Positions 39,501 to 48,156 of a stretch of DNA of 64,000 nt are shown here, piece by piece (within the stretch, counting starts at the first letter, position 1; every line of letters starts with the position of its first letter). This DNA comes from Methanobacteriota archaeon (GTDB lineage Archaea > Thermoplasmatota > Thermoplasmata > SG8-5 > JAGLSY01). The notes beneath the pieces were generated by a model. It saw only the letters and a list, made by a program, of their open reading frames with translations, made no database searches and was not told the DNA's origin. The translations under genes and the position numbers were made by a program. The stretch spans positions 192,001 to 256,000 of the forward strand of contig JAEHCO010000002.1 of the NCBI GenBank assembly GCA_020697715.1. Reading direction: 5' to 3'.

Positions 39501-39722
39501 GCTTTCAAGGCCATAGACAATGCCACGTATTATGTTAACAGCTTTGCTGATTTTGGAGCTGATATAAGCGATGCCTCCTGGAAGCTGGAAAAGGCCAGGG
39601 AGGCATTGTCTGAGAATAAATATGACAGTGCTTACAAACTGGCCCTGGAAGCAAAGAGATCTGTCGATCTTGATGAAATGAGAAATAAAGATGAGGTGCT
39701 GGGAGGGCTGGGTCATGAATGA
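36582..39722 (+). CDS. membrane-anchored extracellular peptidase: M14 zinc carboxypeptidase fused to C11 clostripain domain
   Basis: M14 motifs HHGNE, NPDG, RKN, GVDLNRNY, FHSY and TIEL. C11 motifs WTFMVYMAGDNSL, WDHG and DLC. Signal peptide and C-terminal TM. Confidence 0.88.
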   Translation: MKRNYHVQIVIVILLLSSLGTGLWNGQGTDDAGHAPDTYPDQFPEVENDVISDPDSLGKEGTRQTTFNSYHNYNETVSLLQELVNEHRNIASLHDLGDTSQGRDILAVKVSDDVGTDDPNEPDILYMGAHHGNEPISAEVPLYILDFLLSNYLDNGTVRKWIDTREIWFIPMVNPDGIEAGTRKNANLTGVDLNRNYGWEWGTQGASDDPYDITYRGEYSFSESETRAIRDLALEKQFTLSMSFHSYGQLVYYPWGNSIDTISPQRRLLENISSEIGERNGYMPVEANMDGTYITSGDSDDWLYSEGVLPFTIELSTVYEPPEHEILGICENNLASSLYLLDIADDPKRSQEDDWTFMVYMAGDNSLNSEALDDLNEMEVGGSTQDVNIIALFDGTTGGDSRIFQITKDPGGNNIGIVSQVIDDQGAVIDPLTNEVDMSSYLVLDDFVDWTMENYPAQRTALIIWDHGNGIFGGLAQDGINLMPTWDMRQALIGHDLDIVGMDLCWHGCVETAYELVGIADFFIGSIAEEPSDGWDYSAISEFLIGDPNSDAEALSREIVDSYRISTSTIPWATLSAMDMYLFEKDLIPDLNAFSIRLHDLMYNEQASIRAARSRCSVFDINKQYYADIGEFIDQLLIENISTNLQEYAVSLKFDLDRATIASYSGLAYPNIMGLGIYFPEQNYNNYYSTEFQFSDSDWVGFLPVFRSPVQTPVLEHDGILDVAEIVGTLMFNVTIIDDNLDTDELFINYRTGGSLWEKEALVGSGSSYSANITSWGIYGIDYYFSATDLTGNTITYPYGINLGSSEFLTYEMTERPTLSIKAIEHSSSNSTLSGDNFTIRVQIENQGSTLFTGVNVTLFILNNGSRRYLDDRILSIQAWGMANATFVWVAESGDHTLLMDLSFRLESLDNVTLDVQISDPVITDEFITVEELENELDRLWFGVIIVVVMAMMISMGTLMWGKQNVKKKKKVLAFKAIDNATYYVNSFADFGADISDASWKLEKAREALSENKYDSAYKLALEAKRSVDLDEMRNKDEVLGGLGHE

Positions 39723-39890
39723 TGAACTTCCAACTCATTTTACAAATTATACAAATTACAACGATATTTTAGTTAATATGGGTAATATTACTAATAACAT
39801 ATATATACAATCAATGGTTACTATAAGTAATAACACACCAAACTTAAATTCTCTAATTATAGATTTAGAGAAAATACCAATCGGGGTGAC

Positions 39891-42800
39891 TTGATGAGAA
39901 GGGGAACACAGAATAGTGTGAATTTCGCAGGAAAATGTATGAGCATCATCATCGTGTGGTGCATGGTCTTGAGTGGTTTCATGGGCCTGTTCTTGGTCAA
40001 TGTGGGAACTGCCAGTGAGATCAATCCAAACACGATCAAGGAAGATCTGGTTGTTGACTCAGGTGACTTTGTCATAGAGAGTTTTCCCTGGGATCCACAA
40101 GGGAGCTGGATATATGATCTAGATGGCAGTGTAACTGTAACTGGAGCAAACTCATTGATATTGAAGAATTCTACATTGAACATACTTCAACTAGGCGCCT
40201 ACAGTCTGGATGTTTCAGCTGGTGGAACCATTAAAATGACAAATTCCACTATCACCACAGATTCTCTTGAATTCCTAAATGCCAGTTTTATTACAGGCTC
40301 AAATTTGATAATGGATGATAACTCGGCTCTTCTTTTCCCAGGAAACTTAACTTTTGATACCTCATCTGTTAATATAAAGGATTCTCAAATTATTAACCCG
40401 GTCATATATTTTGATACATGTACTGATGTGACCATTGCTGACTCTAAGATAGTGGTTCCAGGAAATGCTAATGGCTCATTCTATTTGGATAGCACAGAAA
40501 TGTCTATTATCAACACAGACATAAATTTTGATTATACTCTTGATAACAATACTAATTGCCAGATGAATCTAACTGCTGGCTCATATTTGTATGCCTATAA
40601 CATGACTGTTGGAGACCTTACAGAACCAATTTTTATCTTCGCTGATGCCGTCTCTGAAGTTTACTACTACAAATGGGCAGAGTTCTCAGTTGTTGACTCA
40701 AATAATAATCCAATATTCGGGGCTGGATTGAGTTGTGATTACCATCACACAGATGCCGCAGCCATCACCTATGTGGATAATATGAATAATCTGGCATTAG
40801 CTCCACATACAAATGCAGATGATCGGATGATAGATTATTTGAATAGAATATCACCAGACACCATCACCTCTGCAAACTATGATGTGACTAACAGTGATGG
40901 TATGGCTCTGATTCCTCTATTTACTACCCTTCATTCACAGGCTGAACAGGCAATAGATGTAGACGGACACCATTATGGAGAATATAATGTTGATGTCACT
41001 TATTCGGCAGAAACAGGCTACACCTATGTTGACTTTTCACCATATCCGGAAATTAAGTTGATAAATAATACTGTTGAGGCCCCGCCAGTTCAGATGACAG
41101 GTGTTACATTGACAAGGCCAGATCTCACACTCGTGCCAGGCGATATCACTTTCAATCCAGCTATGGATATCATGATCGGTGATTCTGTTGAGATCAATGT
41201 TACAATTAATAATGAAGAGATCACCAATGCACTGGATGTTTTCGTTCAGATATTTGATTATGATGATCTGTCTGGTATACCAACAGAGATATACAACACG
41301 ACCATAGCTTCAGTACCTGGTAATGATGATGTGTATTTTTTGATAGATTATATCTTCCTAGTGGGAGGCCTGCACGATATCATGGTGGTCATAGATTACA
41401 ATAATACAGTAATAGAAGAGAATGAGATGAATAACTCAGCTATTGCTTCTATCTATGTAACTCCAGACCTGCCCGAATTATCCATCGAGACCGCAAATAT
41501 TGGATTTTCACAGGAGAACGTCTCCTTTGATAATGAGATCACAATAACTGCCAGGGTTCGTAATAATGGAACATTGAATGGAACCAATGTGTTCGTATCT
41601 TTCTTTGATTCAGATCCAGACATGAATGGCGATGGAATCGTGGATAATAATGATGATGAACATTTCACTGTTATAGGCACAACTAATATTCCAAATATAA
41701 TGCCTGGTGAACTCATAACTACTTCGGTCAATTGGATACCTGAGATAGATGGAACATATACGATCTATGTTTGGGCGGATCCAAGCAATAGCTTCACCGA
41801 GTATTATGAGGATAATAACCTTGCATCCAGAGATATCATCATAACACCGAAACCAAACCCAACAATAACCAACTTCGCCTTTGATGATGATACTCCAATA
41901 ACTGGACAGACCGTTGAATTGTCATTGGATCTTATCAATATTGGAAACATCAATGCAACTGGAAATATCACAGTTGAATTCTATGATTATGATATGTACG
42001 GCAACCCTCTTGGACTGATCGGAACAGCACATATGAAAAGGGATCTGAACATGACCGAGACACACGTGATCTTGCAGGATTGGACACCAGTGAACATCGA
42101 TTATCATATGATACAGGTGATCGTGACCTCGGACAATGATGTTGATGAGGGAGACCTTACAGATAATGTATTCTACTTTGACATACTCGTATATGATGAT
42201 GGGTTCCAGGATCTTATAGTCAATAACACATTGCCTTTGTATTCTCCAATGGATCTTGAGATCATAGGAGACTACGGGCTGGATGGATATGCCCTTGTTG
42301 AAGAAAATGGCGTATTGACCATAGATTCCTCTACTTTCACCGTTAAGCAGGACTTTTCGTTCCAATTCAATATGATCGTCAAGGATAATGCGGTATTGAA
42401 TATTCTGGACACTTCGTTTTTGACAGCTGGTAGTTTCATGGAGCTTAATATCATGGATAATGCAGTTGTCAATATAGTTGGATCAAATCTGCCAACAACT
42501 CTCAATATCATCGCAGATGATTCTTCAACTGTGAATATCATTGGTTCAGTTATTGGTGGAATATTCAGCGCACCTGCTTCGGATGCGGATGTCACCCTCT
42601 ATGTGGAGAACTCCACCTTCTACAAACCTATGAATAATTTCGGTGGAACATCCACTGCACAACTTGTCGCATTGACAATGGCAATACCATCAATATTGGC
42701 ACAGGAATCCGCAAAGATAGAAATATACAGATGGCTGGATGTTCAGATATTGGACGCCAATGGATATCCATTGCCTGGAGCTGATGTTGATCTACATTAT

Positions 42801-45755
42801 CAGGTCGGAGACATATTCCAGGATACTCAGACAACTGATATGGATGGAAAAGTCCTGTTCATGGCTCTTAGTGATACTATCGTATATTCCGTACACCCAA
42901 GCGCGGCATCTACCAGTAATTACAGATTGACTTCTAGCTTCCTTACATATCAGGACCACATCAACATAACACTGCCTTACTATCCTGTCATGACATTGGC
43001 ATCAAATTACATTGTGAAGGATGCCAATGGTGTAGATCTATTGATCACCATGGATGGCGTCAGACCTGATCTTGATCCACCAATATATGTATCACCAAGT
43101 GAATTGGGTAGGAATGAGATATTGGAGATCTCGACAGTAATCAATAATCTTGGTAATGTCACAGCACACGATATCGTTGTAAGATTCTATGATGAGACCT
43201 TTGATGAGATCATCGCGGAAGTTCCAATGGAGCCATTGGCTGTCGGAGAGAGCCGAAGCGTCAATATCACTCACAGTTGGAGTAGCGAGATGTACCTGGG
43301 AGTACACAATATCTCGGTCACAGTGGATTGGGGTAACCTTGTCAAAGAACTGGATGAAACAAATAATCATGCATACACCAATGTGACTGTGGTCGGAAGA
43401 GCTGATCTCACCATTGGTGATTACGGCATTTCGATCGTTCAAGAAAGCGTTGTGAATCATCCGATCAGCATAGGTGTTATAGTGGATAATATTGGAGATA
43501 TTAACACAGCCGATGTCACTGTTAGTGCTTATTATGATGATGATGTTGACGGAACCTATAGTAATCTCACTGGAAGGAACATGACCTTCATTGGTGAGAC
43601 CACCATAGCTCTCATAATGCAGGGTAGCTCAGCTAGTATCGAGCCAATTGTATGGGTCCCGGACATGATCCAGACCTATAATATCACAATCATTGTTGAT
43701 GAAGGACTCGCCATCACCGAGGTCGATGAGGACAATAATATTGGTACTGACTCCATTACGGTAAATGATTACTCCGATATCTATGTTGGACAGGTACTCT
43801 TTATTGTTGATGGACAGGCTGTCACAGAGGTGAACAACAGAACCTTGGTCACAATAAGGGCTCTTGTTAACAATACTGGTGGGACTGCCAATACCGGTAT
43901 CGCCCGCTTCTATGACCATTATGACAATGAGATCGGTAATTACATATTGCCAGTCATCGGCACAGGTCCGGATGATGGTGTCATCGTCGATATGGATTGG
44001 TTCCCAATGGAAGACATGAATGGAAATTCGGTCACCAGGAATGTCGAGGTCAGGGTCACAGATATTGGAATGGGAGAGAACATGGGAGGACAGAGCAATA
44101 CCCTCACCGAATCTATAACCATCAATGATCCTCGCGCGGATCTTACCGCTGCAGTTGATGATCTCAATGTCATTACTGCGGATATCTTCGTATCTAGTGG
44201 ATTTGATGTTAATATCACTGTTTACAATAATGGTGATGACCCGGCTCAGAACTTCACTATTGAAGTGTTCTATGATGATATCATGGATGGGAACCGCATC
44301 GGAAGCATGATCGTGCAGACCCTTGCTGGAGATGCTAATGTCAGCGTGGACATGACCTGCATGGGAATACCAACCGATGGAGAACATTTCCTTTTGGTAT
44401 CAATTGACAGGGATGTTACAGATGATAACTTCACCGCGAATGGTATCAATTACAATATTACGGGTAATGTGGAAGAGTTCAATGAGATGAACAATGATCT
44501 GATCAATGTAACTATCGATGTTAGTATCCCTGAATATATCATCACTCTTGACTCACCTTCCCCTGATATCAGCTATGAATTGGGATCGGACATCAATAAT
44601 ACATTTGTGAGTGGACGGTTGGCAACAGCGACTGATGATGTTGGTGTTCCTGGAGTGACTATCACGATAACCCTTGGCACAAATACGGTGACAACGGAAA
44701 CAGATAATTATGGTAGCTTTGGAATCTCCATACCTCTGCCAACAGTTGTTGGACAGTACCAAGTGACAGCAAGTGCAGATAATTCCGAGGACACGACAAC
44801 ACAGATCAACATGGATGCAGAACCAGAAGATCCTATCTTGTTCTATATTATCATCATCATAATTGTTATTGTTGCAGTGATAGTGGGTATCACTCTATTC
44901 TACTTCAAGGGTCTTGGGAAGACCGTGGAGTGTGGAGAGTGTGGTGCTTTCATACCGGAATCAGCTTCCAAGTGTCCAAAGTGTAATGTCGAGTTCGAGA
45001 CAGACACAGCCAAGTGCAGTGTTTGCGGTGCATGGGTGGAAATGAATAGCAAAACATGTCCTGAATGTAGCTCGGAGTTCACCATTGGGGATGAGGAGAT
45101 CGATGATTACAAGGCCCAGATGAAGAAACAGTACAATGAAGTTGTCAATGGATTTAGAACAGAAGCTAAGAAAGAACTTGGCAGCTCATTCTCAGAAGAA
45201 GACTTCCAGGCCTGGTGGGCGACACAGGCCACCTTCATAACCTTCGATCAGTGGCTGAAGGAAGACGAGGAGATGAAACGCCTCGGATCCAAGCCATGTC
45301 CGAACTGTGCGACACCAAACAGCGTGACAGCAACCATCTGCCATAAGTGCGGAACTGTTATGGACGAGGAAAAGAAGAAGGCGGCACCAGCTGTTGCAGC
45401 AGCACCAGTGGCGGTTAAGAAGAAGGCAGAACCAGAAGTGGCAAAACCTGAAGCAAAACCAACACCTGCAGCTGAACCAGCAAAGGCAGCTGAAGAGGCA
45501 CCAGCCGAGGAAAAACCTGCTGAGGAACCAGCAGGGGATGAGAAGAAGAAATGTCCATCCTGTGGCATGGAACTCGGAGCCCATGAGAAGTCCTGTCCGA
45601 TATGCGCCTATGAATTCGACAAGGGTGATGAGAAACCTCCAGAAACTGGTGGCAGCCCGCCAGAAGGTGGAGCCGCACCAACCAAGAAGGTCGTTAGAAA
45701 ACCTGTCAAGAAGGTTGTAAGAAGGCCTGTACAAAAGACTGGTGGCGGCGAATAA
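39891..45755 (+). CDS. large CARDB-repeat surface protein with TM and cytoplasmic zinc-ribbon tail
   Basis: Multiple PDL/ADL...N.G...E..E.NN CARDB units and a TM helix (ILFYIIIIIIVIVAVIVG), then eight CxxC motifs and a K/A/P/E-rich linker. Confidence 0.8.
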   Translation: MMRRGTQNSVNFAGKCMSIIIVWCMVLSGFMGLFLVNVGTASEINPNTIKEDLVVDSGDFVIESFPWDPQGSWIYDLDGSVTVTGANSLILKNSTLNILQLGAYSLDVSAGGTIKMTNSTITTDSLEFLNASFITGSNLIMDDNSALLFPGNLTFDTSSVNIKDSQIINPVIYFDTCTDVTIADSKIVVPGNANGSFYLDSTEMSIINTDINFDYTLDNNTNCQMNLTAGSYLYAYNMTVGDLTEPIFIFADAVSEVYYYKWAEFSVVDSNNNPIFGAGLSCDYHHTDAAAITYVDNMNNLALAPHTNADDRMIDYLNRISPDTITSANYDVTNSDGMALIPLFTTLHSQAEQAIDVDGHHYGEYNVDVTYSAETGYTYVDFSPYPEIKLINNTVEAPPVQMTGVTLTRPDLTLVPGDITFNPAMDIMIGDSVEINVTINNEEITNALDVFVQIFDYDDLSGIPTEIYNTTIASVPGNDDVYFLIDYIFLVGGLHDIMVVIDYNNTVIEENEMNNSAIASIYVTPDLPELSIETANIGFSQENVSFDNEITITARVRNNGTLNGTNVFVSFFDSDPDMNGDGIVDNNDDEHFTVIGTTNIPNIMPGELITTSVNWIPEIDGTYTIYVWADPSNSFTEYYEDNNLASRDIIITPKPNPTITNFAFDDDTPITGQTVELSLDLINIGNINATGNITVEFYDYDMYGNPLGLIGTAHMKRDLNMTETHVILQDWTPVNIDYHMIQVIVTSDNDVDEGDLTDNVFYFDILVYDDGFQDLIVNNTLPLYSPMDLEIIGDYGLDGYALVEENGVLTIDSSTFTVKQDFSFQFNMIVKDNAVLNILDTSFLTAGSFMELNIMDNAVVNIVGSNLPTTLNIIADDSSTVNIIGSVIGGIFSAPASDADVTLYVENSTFYKPMNNFGGTSTAQLVALTMAIPSILAQESAKIEIYRWLDVQILDANGYPLPGADVDLHYQVGDIFQDTQTTDMDGKVLFMALSDTIVYSVHPSAASTSNYRLTSSFLTYQDHINITLPYYPVMTLASNYIVKDANGVDLLITMDGVRPDLDPPIYVSPSELGRNEILEISTVINNLGNVTAHDIVVRFYDETFDEIIAEVPMEPLAVGESRSVNITHSWSSEMYLGVHNISVTVDWGNLVKELDETNNHAYTNVTVVGRADLTIGDYGISIVQESVVNHPISIGVIVDNIGDINTADVTVSAYYDDDVDGTYSNLTGRNMTFIGETTIALIMQGSSASIEPIVWVPDMIQTYNITIIVDEGLAITEVDEDNNIGTDSITVNDYSDIYVGQVLFIVDGQAVTEVNNRTLVTIRALVNNTGGTANTGIARFYDHYDNEIGNYILPVIGTGPDDGVIVDMDWFPMEDMNGNSVTRNVEVRVTDIGMGENMGGQSNTLTESITINDPRADLTAAVDDLNVITADIFVSSGFDVNITVYNNGDDPAQNFTIEVFYDDIMDGNRIGSMIVQTLAGDANVSVDMTCMGIPTDGEHFLLVSIDRDVTDDNFTANGINYNITGNVEEFNEMNNDLINVTIDVSIPEYIITLDSPSPDISYELGSDINNTFVSGRLATATDDVGVPGVTITITLGTNTVTTETDNYGSFGISIPLPTVVGQYQVTASADNSEDTTTQINMDAEPEDPILFYIIIIIIVIVAVIVGITLFYFKGLGKTVECGECGAFIPESASKCPKCNVEFETDTAKCSVCGAWVEMNSKTCPECSSEFTIGDEEIDDYKAQMKKQYNEVVNGFRTEAKKELGSSFSEEDFQAWWATQATFITFDQWLKEDEEMKRLGSKPCPNCATPNSVTATICHKCGTVMDEEKKKAAPAVAAAPVAVKKKAEPEVAKPEAKPTPAAEPAKAAEEAPAEEKPAEEPAGDEKKKCPSCGMELGAHEKSCPICAYEFDKGDEKPPETGGSPPEGGAAPTKKVVRKPVKKVVRRPVQKTGGGE

Positions 45756-45768
45756 TCATCAAAATAAG

Positions 45769-45792
45769 GAGGGTCGGTGCAATACGACCCTC
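45769..45792 (+). terminator. hairpin followed by pyrimidine tract downstream of CARDB gene
   Basis: GAGGGTCG-GTGCAATA-CGACCCTC followed by TTTCCTCTTTC. Confidence 0.5.
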
Positions 45793-45847
45793 TTTCCTCT
45801 TTCATTAATATAGTTCATAACTCGGTGAATGTTCACACGGTGATACC

Positions 45848-46252
45848 ATGTCAGAAAGAAAGACGAGAATATTGATCGCAAAGCCTGGCTTAGATGGCCA
45901 TGATAGAGGCGCTAAGATAGTAGCCAGAGCTTTGAGGGATGCTGGTTTTGAGGTGATCTACACGGGTTTGCATCAAACACCTGAACAGATAGTGGAGACT
46001 GCCATACAGGAAGATGTGGATGCCATTGGCCTCAGTTGTTTGTCCGGAGCACACATGACCCTTTTTCCCAAGGTGACTCGATTATTGAAGGAAAGAGGTA
46101 TTGATGATATACTGGTGACAGGTGGCGGAATTGTTCCTGAGGAAGATATTCCCGCGCTCAAGGAAGCAGGTATCGACAAGGTCTTTGGACCCGGCACACC
46201 TTTGCAAGATATCATTGATTATCACAATGATAAATGTGGTACTGGGAAGTAA
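45848..46252 (+). CDS. methylmalonyl-CoA mutase cobalamin-binding subunit
   Basis: [12 protein letters not shown] (DxHxxG), [27 protein letters not shown] and FGPGT. Confidence 0.93.
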   Translation: MSERKTRILIAKPGLDGHDRGAKIVARALRDAGFEVIYTGLHQTPEQIVETAIQEDVDAIGLSCLSGAHMTLFPKVTRLLKERGIDDILVTGGGIVPEEDIPALKEAGIDKVFGPGTPLQDIIDYHNDKCGTGK

Positions 46253-46256
46253 TTAA

Positions 46257-47204
46257 ATGGATCTTGCAGAAAGAGTTCTGTCTGGTGACAAGAGGGGCGT
46301 TGCAAGACTTATAAGCCTCATCGAGTCAGAGGATGAGGACGCGTATGTTCAACTTGGAAAACTACATTCTCATACAGGCAATGCTCACATCATTGGTATA
46401 ACCGGGCCACCCGGATCTGGAAAGAGCACTATTGTTGACAAATTGGCAAAAGCATTCAGAGGTATGGACAAGACCGTGGGTATCATCGCGGTCGATCCAA
46501 CAAGTCCATTCACTGGAGGCGCGATCCTGGGAGATCGGATAAGAATGACCGACCTCACACTTGATCCTGGAATTTTCATAAGAAGCATGGGGACACGCGG
46601 ACATCTTGGCGGACTTTCCAGAGCCGCATCCGGAGCTGTCAGGGTGATGGATGCCTATGGCATGGATATTATAATTCTGGAAACTGTAGGGGCAGGTCAA
46701 TCCGAAGTCGAGATAGTCAGCCACGCCCACACCACGATCATCGTTGAAATGCCAGGTCTGGGGGATGAGATCCAGACCATCAAGGCCGGCATAATGGAGA
46801 TCGGAGATATTTTCATAATCAATAAATCCGATAGGGAAGGAGCGGACAAAACATCGATGGAGATACAAGCGATGTTGGGTCTGAACCCGAACAAACCCGA
46901 ATGGGTGCCACCAATAATCCAGACGATCGCCAGAAAAGGAAAGGGAGTGGATGCGGTTATTGAGAAAATAGAAGACCACTATCAATACCTGAAAGATAGT
47001 GGTATGTACGAGAAGATGATCGAGCAGGGAATAAGGGAAGAGCTGGACGTGCAGATAAAGAGCCAGCTCGGAAGGATCATCAAAAACATCATCAATGAGG
47101 AAAAGCTCGAAGACCTTGTAAAGGATATCGTGGACAAGAATATCGATCCTCACACTGCTGCAAGGCTTCTATTGAAAGATATTGAAGATAAGTTAAGTGA
47201 GTGA
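46257..47204 (+). CDS. meaB: methylmalonyl-CoA mutase-associated GTPase MeaB
   Basis: GPPGSGKST, AVDPTSPFTGGAILGDRIRM, ETVGAGQSE and NKSD. Confidence 0.93.
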   Translation: MDLAERVLSGDKRGVARLISLIESEDEDAYVQLGKLHSHTGNAHIIGITGPPGSGKSTIVDKLAKAFRGMDKTVGIIAVDPTSPFTGGAILGDRIRMTDLTLDPGIFIRSMGTRGHLGGLSRAASGAVRVMDAYGMDIIILETVGAGQSEVEIVSHAHTTIIVEMPGLGDEIQTIKAGIMEIGDIFIINKSDREGADKTSMEIQAMLGLNPNKPEWVPPIIQTIARKGKGVDAVIEKIEDHYQYLKDSGMYEKMIEQGIREELDVQIKSQLGRIIKNIINEEKLEDLVKDIVDKNIDPHTAARLLLKDIEDKLSE

Positions 47205-47230
47205 AAATATATCACTCGCTCGGTTGCCAC

Positions 47231-47275
47231 TTATTTCTTGTACTTAGCACAGATCTTAATGAAATTCTTAAAAAT
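47231..47275 (-). repeat. exact 45-bp duplicate of the 3' end (including stop) of the GMP synthase subunit A gene
   Basis: TTATTTCTTGTACTTAGCACAGATCTTAATGAAATTCTTAAAAAT occurs at 47231-47275 and 47386-47430. Confidence 0.97.
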
Positions 47276-47385
47276 CTCTTCCCCACCACTTTTTTCTTTA
47301 AACCTCGCTGTGCTGTATCGGGCTCCAAAGAAAAAAGACGGACAAAATAAGAAACTCGCCCGACCCTGCTCGCTCGGTATATGAT
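47276..47385 (-). mobile_element. structured ~110-nt element B, copy 2
   Basis: CCACTTTTTTCTTTA...TCGCTGTGCTG...34-nt identical core...CCTGCTCGCTC, as in 23146-23253. Bracketed by the 45-bp direct repeat. Confidence 0.65.
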
Positions 47386-47958
47386 TTATTTCTTGTACTT
47401 AGCACAGATCTTAATGAAATTCTTAAAAATATCCTCGCCGTACTCAGTATGCTCGACCTCTGGGTGGAATTGCACACCATAGAATGGTTTTTCCTTGTGC
47501 GCGAAAGCCTGGTGCGCACAATCTTTTGAATGCGCGAAGTTCTTGAAAGTGTCCGGTAGAATTTTGACCTCATCATTATGCGATTCCCATACTTGGAAAG
47601 GGTTTGTCACACCTTCGAAGAGTTCATTCTCCTCTTCGATGATGACCGATGTCTTTCCGAACTCCGGAATGCTGGCAGGCCCGGCGGTTCCACCATAATA
47701 AAGGGCCATGAACTGTGCGCCGACACATATTCCCATGATCGGAAACTTCGCTTTGTCAAGATAGTCGCCGCTGTTTCCCAGCATAAGTGCTTCCTCACCT
47801 ATTCTTGGTGCTCCACCAGATAGGATAAGACCATCGACATCCAGGTCCTCGAAGGGTGTGGTATTTGGAATTATCTCTGTTTCCACATCCAGATATTTCA
47901 AAACCCTCCACTCTCTATGGGTCCACTGTCCGCCATTGTCTACAACGAAGATCTTCAT
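47386..47958 (-). CDS. guaAA: GMP synthase subunit A (glutamine amidotransferase)
   Basis: MKIFVVDNGGQWTHRE, LSGG, GICVGAQ, SHNDEV and QFHPEV.HT. Start set at 47958. Confidence 0.92.
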   Translation of the reverse strand: MKIFVVDNGGQWTHREWRVLKYLDVETEIIPNTTPFEDLDVDGLILSGGAPRIGEEALMLGNSGDYLDKAKFPIMGICVGAQFMALYYGGTAGPASIPEFGKTSVIIEEENELFEGVTNPFQVWESHNDEVKILPDTFKNFAHSKDCAHQAFAHKEKPFYGVQFHPEVEHTEYGEDIFKNFIKICAKYKK

Positions 47959-48156
47959 TGACGGGTACATGATGAGATGGGATAAAATGGTTGTGGAAAT
48001 CACCTTATGTTCATTGATATTTTCCAAGTCTTGCTAGAGATATCTAAAATCTGGCAATTAACAATGTTTAGATGTGTTTGCCAGCACACAATCTGGATAG
48101 CTAACCAACAGTAACTATTAATAAGAAATAATTGTATGCAGTTAATGAGGATTAAA

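Noticed and set aside
47231-47430. attL/attR of an integrated island at guaA
   Set aside because: Only 110 nt lie between the repeats, there is no integrase, and the same insert occurs at an unrelated gene with a different repeat sequence.
47231-47430. Assembly artefact explaining the duplications
   Set aside because: Unlikely, because two independent loci share the architecture and the inserts differ by compensatory changes. Read-level confirmation is still needed.
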